Positions 19,199 through 30,050 of a DNA stretch of 64,000 bases are shown here, one piece after another. The DNA is from Candidatus Obscuribacteraceae bacterium (GTDB taxonomy: Bacteria; Cyanobacteriota; Vampirovibrionia; Obscuribacterales; Obscuribacteraceae): assembly GCA_044226015.1 (NCBI GenBank), contig JBGAHS010000006.1:384001-448000 (forward strand), read 5' to 3'. How positions within the stretch are numbered: the first letter of the stretch is position 1; each line of letters begins with the position of its first letter. The position numbers and the translations under genes were made by a program. The notes beneath the pieces are model-generated. The model did not search any database and had not been told where the DNA came from. It was given only the letters and a program-made list of their open reading frames with translations.

Positions 19199-19412
19199 TG
19201 AAGCCGGTTACAGCGACTCGCCGTAAGGCAGATATCGTGTTGAGTGTCAATAGCCCAAGATCGGGGACAGCAGAGGCACGCGACGTTTTTCATCGTCAGT
19301 TGCCTTCCATAAGCGATCAGCGCTATAGTTTCTACCGATGATCCCAATGCGGACTCGAGCGCTGATCCCTCCTGGAAGGAATTAAGCGCCAAGCTCTGTC
19401 GAACAACTCAGC

Positions 19413-20375
19413 TCAAGCGAAGACTAGGTCGTCGCGGAAAGGCGTTCCAGACTTAAGTACGCCAAATATAATGTGCAAAAGCTTTCTCATAGAGGCTCCA
19501 ACGGCCTTCATTGGAACCTTTCCATTCGCGATTAGGTTTCGATAAAATCGCGCAATGACGGGATTGTGATCTTTTGCCACTATCGCCGCAGAAAAGTGCT
19601 GAACGCAATCTAGCATTTCCTGTTTTGGATAGTCGAGTTCGTCCACGGATGGAGCTGCCAGATCTGATTTTCTTTGCGGGAACTGGGACACGAAATGCCG
19701 CCAGTTGGGGCAAATTTCTCCGGCAATTCCAGTGGAACTTCAGTGAAAATCCCGCGTTTGCTGTTTCTCACCAACTGCTGGAATAGACATGATCAGTTTC
19801 CGCTTCTGCTGCAGGTCCGGATGCTTTTTGTAAAGCCTTCAATTTGTCTTCGAATTCGACCGATTTCGATCTAAACGCCAGGATGCGGTTCACCGAATCC
19901 ATGTCGCATGGTTTGCTTTTCTCTGTTGATAAGCCAGTTCTCTCCTGGCGCCCTAATTTTGTTGAGATCGTAGAGGGCGCCTCACCAGCATTGTAATTGA
20001 CGCACTTCGGGAGCTGGTGGGTGCCACTGCGCTGGATTCATTGTTCTTGCCAAATGGAAATTGCCCCAGCATCGACTTTGTCTGTTTTGGTTCGCTTCAG
20101 CTCACTCTGAGCAAATCGCCTGATACTGAGTCGGATTCACGACGCTAACAGACTCGCCTGCCAGTGAAGAAAAATCGAGTCATACCAATACGCACCGGTG
20201 GCTTCCATGCAGAACAGTGCGTTCCTCAGCCTCGATTTTTTTGCAACCAGCGCAAAGAAGCCCTGGAAGCCTTTTTCGGTTTGTGAAAACTGATGGTGTT
20301 TCTCTTTCCCTGTCACCTCCACGAAACATCAAAGAAATCTTTCGAGATGTCGATTCCAACAAAACAGTCGAACAT
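19413..20375 (-). pseudogene. IS110 DEDD transposase, frameshifted as assembled
   Basis: RuvC-like D/E/DD and Tnp-domain serine motifs split by multiple indels. Confidence 0.8.
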
Positions 20376-20419
20376 TAATCCCTCTTCCATTCTAGTTTTC
20401 TGGTTATAAGACGCATTGT

Positions 20420-20580
20420 ATGCGCACAACCTGATCAACCTGCTAAATTCAGACTCTCACTCAAGTGGTGCCAGATATCGTCCGACCTGCATATCAGGAT
20501 AGGAAGGCAAACAAATCTGCCATTACAGGATCAAGTCCTAAAGATAAACACTGTTTTGCCTTCCCCCTACCTCAGCGTCC
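20420..20580 (-). ncRNA. Putative IS110 bridge RNA, copy 2
   Basis: Stem 20502-20564 with the same target guides; donor guide at 20473-20481. Confidence 0.75.
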
Positions 20581-21126
20581 CGAAGTAGAGCTTGATCAGC
20601 CGGAGTTCCAGTGTCAAGCCATCGTTATCGAAGATAGCAAGATAAAGCGAGTGTCTACGATTCTCTTGAGACACCATATGCGGTGCTTTTGGGTATCGAA
20701 GATACGAACGCAAGTCTCATCCGTCAGCGGATTTTATTGGGCTATTCCGCATGTCACTGTCGTCGTCTGCCCGAAAGCTGGACAGACCTGAGGCAAGAAT
20801 AAAAAATGGCTCGCGCACGTCTGCCTCTCCGTCCTAGCACATGCTCCAAGACAATTTGCTGCTCGCGAGTGCTCGCGTATGCCTACCGGCGTCCAGCTGC
20901 CGGGCTCCAGCTGCCGCCCTCGGCAAGTGACGCGCAAAGTAGGCGCCACTTGTTGTGATATAGTGGGAAAAGCCTGAAGATGATAAGAGAGATATTGAAC
21001 ATGAAGTCCTCGGCACGACGTTTTAGCTAATCAATTCAATCGATGAGTGGACCGCCGTCTTGCCTTTGATTAGAGGCGGATAGAAAGACATGCTGTCATT
21101 TTACTTCGATTTGAGGAGATACTAAG

Positions 21127-22650
21127 ATGATTCCGTTTGATGATATTCGACGGTTGCAGAACCGGTCGTGGTCAATTCCATTAGTTGAAATGATTGAGCG
21201 CGGAGAAGTCGAGGACGCTGAAGAGATTTGCCGCACGATTGGAGCCCTGGAAGATCCTAGACTTTCTGGCAGATTGCTGCAAATCCTGGAAGATGTTGAG
21301 CGCCCCTCCGTGGTGCGAGAACTCGCAGCAGACGCTTTGAATGAAAGTGTGAATATAGACACCGCAGAGCAACGTCGGCAATGGTGGCAGTCGGGAGACT
21401 TTTTGCTAATGCGGCACGCTGTCCGTATGGCAGAAAGCACGGAGAACGATTTGCTTCTGGAAATATTGAAAGATGGGTCGAGTCCCTTCTACGTAGACGC
21501 GCTAAACGTAATTCAATGGTGGGAAGAGCCCTGCTTCCAAATTTTCTTGGCGACAGCGCTGAAACATGATGATCCCTCTGCCAGGGAAACTGCTGCTGAT
21601 TGTTTGGTCTGGGAACAACCGAACGGAGCAGCTACCGATCTACTGCGTTTAGCTGCCGATGCGCGATATGAAGATGTGGCGATTGCGGCAATGAATACAT
21701 TGAATTATTACGCGACGCAGGAAGTACTGTTACGGTTTACTGAATTGCTGCGAGACGGTCCGGAGGAACTTCGCGAGAACTATCAGGCGGGAACTGAATA
21801 TGTTCGCCAAGAATTTATTGACGGCTGCAGATGGGCTATGCGCAGGGACACGGCCGTGCGCGATCACTTGTTGATGTGGATGCAACCAGTAATACACTTA
21901 TTCAACCCTGAGGATTTCCAGATATCGGATCGTGCCAGCACGAACTCCCGAGGGACAAAGACAGTTCAGCCTTCGATGACGGTTAATGAGATTATTGCGG
22001 ATCTCGGCGAACCAGACGCATGCTGGGCAGACAAATTGCACAAATACAATGGTAATTATGACTGGTCCCGGTTAGCCGAAGGCGACGCGGTGAGGCTTGT
22101 GCAATTCTTGGCCGCGCATGAGGACGTTAATGTGCGTGAACTCGCTTGTTCGATTGCCGGGCATAGAAAGCTCAGCGATCTGTTGTTCTATTTGTTGAAT
22201 GATCCGACGAGCAGGGTTAAGAAAACAGCCTCGTATCACAGCAGGATGCTGAGCAGAGAGCCACGTTTTCGTGATCGTCTATGGCAAATTTTGATGAGTC
22301 CAGACACGCGAGGATTCTTTGCCACCGAGACGTTGGAAAGTTATTTGGTTCATGCGAATGATCTACCAGTTGATGTGCCCCTAAAAGAATTGGTCTTGGA
22401 AGATAAGCGTCCATCGGTCAAGGCAGCTGCGGTTTCTGCGTTGCACAAACGTGGCGCACGGGACGAAATTGATTCGGTCAGCTGTTTGTTGCAGGAACCG
22501 GCGTTTAATAACTGGTGGGTGCATAGAAACGTCCTCGATGCCTGTGCGGAGCTGCGTATCGCAGCCAGCATCGAGCATCTATTGATGGTAGATGATGTTT
22601 ACCTGCAGATAGCGGTGGCCGAATATAGAGTGGCGATAAAGCGGAGCTGA
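21127..22650 (+). CDS. HEAT-repeat protein
   Basis: Repeated D..VRE.AA.AL motifs; gagga RBS. Confidence 0.75.
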   Translation: MIPFDDIRRLQNRSWSIPLVEMIERGEVEDAEEICRTIGALEDPRLSGRLLQILEDVERPSVVRELAADALNESVNIDTAEQRRQWWQSGDFLLMRHAVRMAESTENDLLLEILKDGSSPFYVDALNVIQWWEEPCFQIFLATALKHDDPSARETAADCLVWEQPNGAATDLLRLAADARYEDVAIAAMNTLNYYATQEVLLRFTELLRDGPEELRENYQAGTEYVRQEFIDGCRWAMRRDTAVRDHLLMWMQPVIHLFNPEDFQISDRASTNSRGTKTVQPSMTVNEIIADLGEPDACWADKLHKYNGNYDWSRLAEGDAVRLVQFLAAHEDVNVRELACSIAGHRKLSDLLFYLLNDPTSRVKKTASYHSRMLSREPRFRDRLWQILMSPDTRGFFATETLESYLVHANDLPVDVPLKELVLEDKRPSVKAAAVSALHKRGARDEIDSVSCLLQEPAFNNWWVHRNVLDACAELRIAASIEHLLMVDDVYLQIAVAEYRVAIKRS

Positions 22651-22926
22651 TCCGCCTGCCTGATATTGGTCAGCAGCCTGCTGATCGTGTTCGCACATGC
22701 TGAACAGCAAAATCAGTGTTTTTCCACCAAAAAGAACTGGGTCCCGGATAGCATGCTAGGCAGAGGCACACCGGGACAACTGTATTTATGATACTCTGTC
22801 TTCCAAATTTGCTTTATTGTTCCGCAGTTGTTCCTCTATGGTTAGAGCTTGCTTCTTATTCAGTGCGCGCCCGCGCTGAAATGAATCGTAAGCTTGTTTG
22901 ACTTCCTCGATTGTCATTTTCCTATA

Positions 22927-23358
22927 CTACTTGGTTGAATGAACGTGCCGAGCAAAGTTATTAAGTATCGACTGCCAACCTTGTTGTTGCTGCTCGACGG
23001 AATGAGTGGGTTCACTATCAAAAGTTACGTGAACTCGAACCTGATTCGGTTCCTGCAAAAACTCAACATGCGCTGTTCGATCGCCAAAAGAATACTCGAT
23101 CAGCTCATGCTCAATGATCTTCGTATAGGTTCCAGCAAAATCGAACCCCATGCTACCGTCCTTCGCTTCCATTCGAGAAGAGAACAATCCACCTACACGC
23201 AAATCCACTTCTGCTTTTGTTGTATGCCAATCACCTGAGGCGGCGTTCCATTGTTCGATGTCTTTTGGCGTTGTGTACGCACGCCACACCTCCTCTATAG
23301 GAGCGTTTACGGCGGTTTCGACGGTAATTCTCTCTGCGGACATTTGAGTTCCTCTCAT
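22927..23358 (-). CDS. SRPBCC/AHSA1-domain protein
   Basis: APIEEVWRAYT, DLRVGG.F..RMEAKDGSMGFDF.G, QQQGWQSILNNF. Confidence 0.9.
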   Translation of the reverse strand: MRGTQMSAERITVETAVNAPIEEVWRAYTTPKDIEQWNAASGDWHTTKAEVDLRVGGLFSSRMEAKDGSMGFDFAGTYTKIIEHELIEYSFGDRTAHVEFLQEPNQVRVHVTFDSEPTHSVEQQQQGWQSILNNFARHVHSTK

Positions 23359-23523
23359 TCATCTGATGGTGGAACATTATATGCGCATGCGCTCTTCCGA
23401 GATCATAGAAATCAAAGCAATCAGAATGACTGCCTATTATTTACCAAAACGAAGATTGTCAGCCAAAAGGCGACAATCTTCATCTGGTTTCTGCCCAATC
23501 AGGGAGATTGGCTACTGAAGAAC

Positions 23524-24120
23524 TTAAATCCAACGAGCCATTGCGCGATTGACTTTGCTCGATGGCGGGGTTTTGCCTTTCAAGCGAGCATCAGAAGCTG
23601 GGTGCAAGTCTTCATTTTTGCTGGACTCAGCATTCTCTTCTTCTCTAGCTTGCTTGATGGCTTCTTTTTCTTTCATCGCATTGGCTTTCGCTTTATCTGC
23701 CTCTAGCTGCGCAGCCTGCTGGTCTCTCGACGAAGCATCAGGAAAAGGAAACACTTCATTTCCAAACGCTTCCCCTTTTGATGCAGCACCGCTAAAAGTT
23801 TTGACCAGGTCGAGTGGGTTATTGCCGATGGATCCGTGCTCTGCAATGTTCGCTCCGACACCTAGTGCGGTACCTAAGATTCCAGCAAGTGGAAGGTTCG
23901 AATGACCGATTCCATCGACTGATTTAATTCCACTTTCGAACAGCTCAACTCCACCGAAAACATTTGCTACGGTGGAAGCGGCAGCGCCCAAACCACCCAT
24001 TGCAAAACTTTCTGTCGGAGAAAGAACTGTGTTGAATGCAACGCTGCCGATTTTGCCAACGCCTTCACCAACGGTTTTAGCTGTATCTTTGACTGCATCA
24101 GCAATATCGTCTAGAAACAT
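23524..24120 (-). CDS. Hypothetical Gly/Ala-rich protein
   Basis: 198 aa, ggagg RBS, glycine-zipper-like segments and a charged C-terminus. Confidence 0.6.
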   Translation of the reverse strand: MFLDDIADAVKDTAKTVGEGVGKIGSVAFNTVLSPTESFAMGGLGAAASTVANVFGGVELFESGIKSVDGIGHSNLPLAGILGTALGVGANIAEHGSIGNNPLDLVKTFSGAASKGEAFGNEVFPFPDASSRDQQAAQLEADKAKANAMKEKEAIKQAREEENAESSKNEDLHPASDARLKGKTPPSSKVNRAMARWI

Positions 24121-24380
24121 GATTGAGAACCTCCAAAGTTGTTTGATAGGTTCAGAATAGTGCTGAGATATGCCCGTTTCGTCCTCAATATGTCTCTAAA
24201 ATGTCCTCGTCCCGAAAGCATTGGACAATCACAATTTCACCGCTTTGGAGCTAGCCAGCTAACACTGATCAGTTTGAGCTGCTCAGTCAACGGGACAAAT
24301 GCAGACAGAGGGCGGCGCTAACTATTGGCGCTTTATGCCATCTGAACTAATCGAAACCCGACCCTCTAAGAGATTGAGCC

Positions 24381-25376
24381 GTGCAAATTGAATCCATTTG
24401 GCAAGATCGTATAAAAGGCATGCTCTTCGGTCACGCGATCGGGGACGCACTTGGTCTCGCCACCGAGTTCTTATCAAAGAATCAAGTGAACCGTTATTAT
24501 CCATCCGGCATCCGCAGTTATGGGGAGATGATACAAGATCGACATCGAGCACACTGGCAGCCGGGAGAATGGACCGACGACACCGACCAAATGTTGTGCA
24601 TTCTAGATTCACTTCTCGAAAAGAAGCGCGTTGATGTTTTCGATATTGCTAGACGATTTCACTATTGGGCATTCCATGGCGGTCGGGGAATCGGCAGAAC
24701 CGTGCTTTCAGTGCTAACTCATGATAATTATTTGAATCATCCCCATCAAGCTGCAATAGAAGTATGGGAACGAAGCGGCAGAAGAATCGCTGCCAATGGT
24801 GCGTTGATGAGAACTTCGATTCTTGGAGTTTGGGACTTGCACGATAGGGAAGCGCTAATAAGGAATGTAAGAGATGTGTGCCGAATTACTCATGCCGACC
24901 CTAGATGCATCGCTTCATGTGTTGCTGTCTGCGTAACTATTAGAAAACTAATTTTGTGCAGTCAAACACTTGATCTAGATCGACTAATCACAGAAGCTCT
25001 GGATGAATCGCGACTTGAAGACCCAGGCATTTTGGAAGAGTGCAGTCAACTCTGCTTCGCTTCCTCAATCGAGACATTGCGCCTGGATGAGGGACTTAAC
25101 CCTGGTGACGAGAACAAGATAGGTTATACCTACAAAGCGTTGCCTTGCGCCATGTGGGCGCTTCGCAACGCTAAGAACCTGGAAGGCGGCTTACATTCCG
25201 TGATTATGGAGGGTGGCGATGCCGATACGAATGCCGCCATAGCTGGTGCGCTCTTAGGAGCACGCTTCGGCTACAAAAGCATTCCAGAGCATCTCATAAG
25301 CGAGCTGAAAAACGCCGAACAGCTGCATGAAAAGTCAGAGCAGCTAACGGAACTCTTGTCTAAAAATGCTTCTTGA
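24381..25376 (+). CDS. ADP-ribosylglycohydrolase (DraG/ARH family)
   Basis: GDALG, WTDDTDQ, NGALMR, ITH, GGDADTNAAIAGALLGA. Confidence 0.95.
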   Translation: MQIESIWQDRIKGMLFGHAIGDALGLATEFLSKNQVNRYYPSGIRSYGEMIQDRHRAHWQPGEWTDDTDQMLCILDSLLEKKRVDVFDIARRFHYWAFHGGRGIGRTVLSVLTHDNYLNHPHQAAIEVWERSGRRIAANGALMRTSILGVWDLHDREALIRNVRDVCRITHADPRCIASCVAVCVTIRKLILCSQTLDLDRLITEALDESRLEDPGILEECSQLCFASSIETLRLDEGLNPGDENKIGYTYKALPCAMWALRNAKNLEGGLHSVIMEGGDADTNAAIAGALLGARFGYKSIPEHLISELKNAEQLHEKSEQLTELLSKNAS

Positions 25377-25423
25377 ACAATCCGCAGACCGGTAAAAAGT
25401 AACCATTCATGAACGAGCTGCGC

Positions 25424-26137
25424 TTAATAAGGCAGCTGAACTGGTTTGCCGCGCATGTAGTTTAGATCATCATCACTGGCTAAGCTATTCTGATCCATAA
25501 ACCTGAGTCGGTAATTTTCATAGTCAACGTTTTGACCCATTCGACGAAGCTCATTTACTCGATCGCCAACAATTTCGGAAACAGAATTACTTGGTTGCAC
25601 TATTCGAACAGGTGGGCTGTTTGGATAATCACGATCAACAACATACAAATTGTCCCAAGTACTTGTTTCCTTATTCCAGTGTTCCGCACCAACACGAACA
25701 CCTTGATTGAAGGGTTGCTCCTTCATTTGATCATAAATCTTGGAAATCAAATAGTTGTATTCGCGATTAGATGTCGACAAACTGCCGAGGCGTGGCACTA
25801 ATTCTTCTGACAGCTGCCATGCTGCATCAAGAGGATTTACAGTATTGCGGAAGTCTTCTGCAATATTCCTAGCCGTGCCATTCAGAACAGCCTCCGATTT
25901 CTGCTTTTCTAACTCTGGACCGTCCTGTGGATCACAAGGAAAGGGAATCTTGATCCAATCCTTACCTGAGACTCTGCCGCCGTTATTATCCAGTATATTC
26001 TCAACACAGCGCCCTACACTAGCGTTAGAGTGAGGAGGAAGCACGTGCTCATATGCAACACTCCAAAGTGATTCGTCTGGTCTCATTTTGTGCATTTCAT
26101 AATCTTGCTCGGACTGTCGTCTATCTAACTCGGGCAT
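25424..26137 (-). CDS. Hypothetical protein with LysM-like N-terminal segment
   Basis: MRPDESLWSVA..VENILDNN..IKIP; ggag RBS. Confidence 0.55.
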   Translation of the reverse strand: MPELDRRQSEQDYEMHKMRPDESLWSVAYEHVLPPHSNASVGRCVENILDNNGGRVSGKDWIKIPFPCDPQDGPELEKQKSEAVLNGTARNIAEDFRNTVNPLDAAWQLSEELVPRLGSLSTSNREYNYLISKIYDQMKEQPFNQGVRVGAEHWNKETSTWDNLYVVDRDYPNSPPVRIVQPSNSVSEIVGDRVNELRRMGQNVDYENYRLRFMDQNSLASDDDLNYMRGKPVQLPY

Positions 26138-26557
26138 CTGTGTTCTCCATGCAACTATGATTTAAGACAACTCTAGCCTGCGTGCAGAAATTACACAGTG
26201 TGCGTTTTAACGCAAACTGCTGTTATCTTGATGCAGGTGGGAATCAGTAATTTCCACAACCCAGAGGGGTGAATTATGCAGTTTGGTCGCAAATAGCTGC
26301 GCTACTGCTTATGTAACGTACTTCGAGCTATTCATGGATACTACATATTCGAAATAGATTTAAGTCAGAATACAGCAGCAGTTGGGTGCTCCCGAATGCA
26401 TTACAGCATTCGGCAAAGTCTCTGGTTCTTCCTAGCACCGCTGAGTCAAATGTTGCTGCTGCCTGCAGGGCTCTTACCTTCGCGTCACCTTCGAGTCACT
26501 TAATGAAACTATTCTGATTCATGGAAGCTAAGGCAATTAAAGAACCGAGGAGCCTTC

Positions 26558-28408
26558 ATGTACAACACGGAATTCGATTGTAATTCAGGCGAATTCGATG
26601 AGGAAAAGCAAGAGGCTTCTCAAAACCTGTCAGCAGACTCATGGCAAAGAAGCGGTTTGTCAAAAGTATCAAAAAAGTCAGAGTCAGAGCCCAACCAGAC
26701 CAGTCAAAGCAAAAAAGCCGTACCAGAAAATAGGTCAGACAAAGAAGCTAGCTTGCTCAATCCATACTCCTATTATGGACAAACTGCGAAACCTATTTTC
26801 AATTTACCTCTCCAGAAACAGTGGAAGATAGAAGACTGGAATAAAGGATGCAACAAACCAGAATTCAACAAACTTGGCACTCAAATTGATGGACCAGCCC
26901 CTTTCGGCTCACCTTTTCAAAGACTCCGATTCGGGGAAAAAATCGAATTTCAACGCAGTACGGAAGAGATCGATACGGCAGTTTTTAGCAACCAATCGCT
27001 CACCGAACCCTTGAAGCAGCGCCTCCGGGAGAAGCTTATCCAAACATCCGAATCCAGTGAACTTACTTCGGACTACAAGCGCGAATTTGTTAACGGACTT
27101 TATGGTTTCGCTAAACGCAGCGACATTAGCAACGACGAAAAAGCGAAAACGTTCCAGAACATCATCGAAATAATGGAAGCAGATAAGGGTCAACCTTTCA
27201 GCCAAATCGACCGAGAAAAGCTTGCCACGCAACTTCTCTGGCACCTCTCCAACGTAGAGAAAAACTGCCAGGGCGGCAATCAAACATGTAACATGACGGT
27301 CATCCGTGGCATCATGTTATACGAGTCGCCCAGCAAGTTCTCTGGCTTCATTCGAGACCTCCTGCAGACAGGAAAGTTCGTAACGAAGGATCAATCTGAG
27401 ATTTCCTTGCCTTTAGAATCTACAAAAGTAGCTGCGCAATCAGAGGAAAGCAAATTCCCTCCGGCAGACGGTAGCAGAACGTGGCTAGGAAAGATTTCTG
27501 ATGTAGCCATGGCAAATGTCTACTGGCAAAGGCAGACGAAACAGCTTGACGATACCAGAGTGAGAAAGGGAGAGCTTGTATACAGAGAAGACCTAGGCAA
27601 TGCTCGCTTGTTCAGAATGACGAACGGAAAGCCAGAGCCGCTTCAACACGAAACAGAACAAGCGTCCAATCCGGGCACATCTGACCGCGCCATAGCAGAC
27701 ATCCACCAGCAAATCACTGGAGAATCGCGAGAGAATTTGGTACTCACATCAAACCGAGTAGAGGTCACCACAGGACCAGGTGTCAGAACGGTTGATGAGA
27801 GTCAACTTCAAGAAATTCTATCGCGTGAAAAGGGAATACATATTGCAAGAATCTGGACGGGGGTGGATTGGGTCTCAAAAAATTCTGGTCAAGGAGTTAA
27901 CGGAGGCGAGCATGTAGTCCTCATAAAAGACTACGACCCTGCGAGTAAAGCCCTGGCTGTAGACAATTCTTGGAGTCAAGATTTTGACAGGTTGCATCCC
28001 GACAGCAGAATAAGCTTGCACGAACTTTTCCAGGCTATGGATAAGCAGGGTATGAGTACAAAACACAATTTATTCTCGAGAATGAGTAACATTGATTATG
28101 CAGGCACTTTCAACTTGACGGTAGATGCACTAGCTATCCCGGCAGCCTTAACTGCGAACAGGTTTGGAAGCTCACGAGGTATGCTATCCGGCTATGGACT
28201 TGTGCGACTTACCAATGACCTATCAGACATTCGTCGGCTTAGAGACTCCAATGACCTAACAAGAGTTGGGCTTGGTATTACAAGCGATACCATGATGATA
28301 ACTGCAGGTTTTGCTCCAAGAGCACTTCCAGCAAGATTCCGAGCCCCCTTAGCTCTGGGTGGCGCAATCATGCGCGGGACGCTCGACTATTTCTATTTTG
28401 GCAAATAA
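26558..28408 (+). CDS. Putative papain-like cysteine peptidase with disordered N-terminus
   Basis: QGGNQTC, GEHVVLI..YD, VDNSW (Q-C-H-N pattern); gagga RBS. Confidence 0.6.
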   Translation: MYNTEFDCNSGEFDEEKQEASQNLSADSWQRSGLSKVSKKSESEPNQTSQSKKAVPENRSDKEASLLNPYSYYGQTAKPIFNLPLQKQWKIEDWNKGCNKPEFNKLGTQIDGPAPFGSPFQRLRFGEKIEFQRSTEEIDTAVFSNQSLTEPLKQRLREKLIQTSESSELTSDYKREFVNGLYGFAKRSDISNDEKAKTFQNIIEIMEADKGQPFSQIDREKLATQLLWHLSNVEKNCQGGNQTCNMTVIRGIMLYESPSKFSGFIRDLLQTGKFVTKDQSEISLPLESTKVAAQSEESKFPPADGSRTWLGKISDVAMANVYWQRQTKQLDDTRVRKGELVYREDLGNARLFRMTNGKPEPLQHETEQASNPGTSDRAIADIHQQITGESRENLVLTSNRVEVTTGPGVRTVDESQLQEILSREKGIHIARIWTGVDWVSKNSGQGVNGGEHVVLIKDYDPASKALAVDNSWSQDFDRLHPDSRISLHELFQAMDKQGMSTKHNLFSRMSNIDYAGTFNLTVDALAIPAALTANRFGSSRGMLSGYGLVRLTNDLSDIRRLRDSNDLTRVGLGITSDTMMITAGFAPRALPARFRAPLALGGAIMRGTLDYFYFGK

Positions 28409-28570
28409 TAATCGAATTGCACTAAGCATTCCGCGTTTCGGAAAAATTGATCTCAAACCACCTTTAATGAGCTGGTGCAGATATAATTGTAAATAGTGAC
28501 TCGATACAGATAACCAGCTTACTGATTAAAGACAGCATCTCAACTACGGAATAGGAGCTAGAGATAGCTC

Positions 28571-28873
28571 ATGAACGCAGATGATCAGGAACCAGAATAT
28601 CAAATTCCTCGAACAGCTTTAGAGGCTGCACGATCCTCTGGGGATGGTCGCCCCCCAGCCAATACAACCGTTGGACTGAATGATGGCGATTCAGATTCTG
28701 AGAACTATAGAGTTGGGCAAAAAATGAAATGCCTGATCATCAATGCACGTAATGGAGGATACGACGTGCTCATTATCAAAGATGGCAAACTTGCTTACTT
28801 AAAGACAGAAAGGCAACTTGCCCAGGGAGAAGTTTTGCTAGGTGAGTTTCGTTACTGGCAAGATAAAGATTGA
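28571..28873 (+). CDS. Hypothetical protein, S1/OB-like C-terminus
   Basis: YRVGQKMKCLII..GGYDVLI..AYL; aggag RBS. Confidence 0.55.
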   Translation: MNADDQEPEYQIPRTALEAARSSGDGRPPANTTVGLNDGDSDSENYRVGQKMKCLIINARNGGYDVLIIKDGKLAYLKTERQLAQGEVLLGEFRYWQDKD

Positions 28874-28987
28874 ATTTAACTAATTCGATCAATTCGACTC
28901 AGTATTCTCTATCGAATTTAATGCGCCACAGTAGTTCAACATTTAGCCAAGGTTCAACCTGGTCCGACTCATTATCACCGTCTTCTA

Positions 28988-29905
28988 ATGATTCAATTAT
29001 GTTCCCTGATATCATTTTCAAATGTCTCTGGGAGAAACTCCATGCCAGCCTTGGAATTGTGGTGGCAAAGCTACTTCGATTACCTCAAACAAATTCTAAC
29101 GACCCTGCTCGTTTTCCTCTGTATCGAAAAGCTCCTACCAACGGAAAAACAACAATCGCTCAGGGCATTCGGTTTCAATATTCTATTCACAATCACAAAT
29201 CTAGCCCTGATAATGTGGATAATCCCACTTTTCAACCCTCTTGTACTCCTAGTAAAAGAAAAGCTCCATGCAGGCTACCTAACATGGCCCACCTCTAGCG
29301 AGCCATTGAAACTGATATCATTTTGCTTTATCTACATCGTGTTGTGGGATGTCTTGCAATACTTTGGACACAGGCTCCAACACACAATTCCATTCCTTTG
29401 GGAAATTCACAAATTTCATCATACTGAAAGAAACCTCAATGCGTCTTCATCTGCAAGGAAGCACATAGCAGGTCATATCTTCGAAGAGTTCACCATCGTA
29501 TTGCCACTAATTTTGATTTTCTCGAACCCTATACTTCCCTACATCGCGCAGTTTTTGTTCTTCAACTTCTGGGGTTATTTTAACCACATGAACGCTAAGA
29601 TATCCCTTGGACCATTAACTACAGTTGTGTCTGGTCCACACTTTCATCGAATTCACCACTCAATAGAAAGTGCTCACACAAACAAAAACTTTTCAGCATT
29701 TTTCCCTTTCATCGACGTGCTTTTCGGAACCTATTACAGCCCAAAGAAAGATGAATTTCCATCAACAGGGGTTACGGGAGAAAGCGACCTCCACGATTTA
29801 CTTTACGTAAATGTTCAGCCATTCTTAGGCTGGACCTATTTAGCTAAACTATTACCTGAAAATTCTAAGAATGGGTCTCAATCTCGGACTGAGCATTATG
29901 GGTAA
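28988..29905 (+). CDS. Sterol desaturase / fatty-acid hydroxylase family protein
   Basis: His boxes HRLQH, HKFHH, FNH, HRIHH; TM helices; DVLFGT. Confidence 0.9.
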   Translation: MIQLCSLISFSNVSGRNSMPALELWWQSYFDYLKQILTTLLVFLCIEKLLPTEKQQSLRAFGFNILFTITNLALIMWIIPLFNPLVLLVKEKLHAGYLTWPTSSEPLKLISFCFIYIVLWDVLQYFGHRLQHTIPFLWEIHKFHHTERNLNASSSARKHIAGHIFEEFTIVLPLILIFSNPILPYIAQFLFFNFWGYFNHMNAKISLGPLTTVVSGPHFHRIHHSIESAHTNKNFSAFFPFIDVLFGTYYSPKKDEFPSTGVTGESDLHDLLYVNVQPFLGWTYLAKLLPENSKNGSQSRTEHYG

Positions 29906-30050
29906 GTGGTCAAATAATCCTTGAGAAGAGCTTAGGAACTCCGCTCATTAGCCATCGTAATTATTTCTACGTCCTTCTCATCCCTACTCTTTGTTAATTA
30001 CTAGAGCCCCTTAGCTTGGTATATTAGAACGACTTGCAGGTTTTTCTATT

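Larger units (their letters stand above)
19230..20641 (-). mobile_element. IS110-family insertion sequence, copy 2
   Basis: Same ends as copy 1; MEATG, KTDKVD, SGSS and RLSKTGNARLRSAL motifs across frames. Confidence 0.92.

Noticed and set aside
20650..21100. Possible ncRNA or small genes after IS110 copy 2
   Set aside because: Only a short ccagctgccg duplication and weak ORFs; no recognisable structure.
26140..26557. Riboswitch in the long divergent intergenic region
   Set aside because: One hairpin (ccgaatgc/gcattcgg) but no riboswitch consensus I can recognise.
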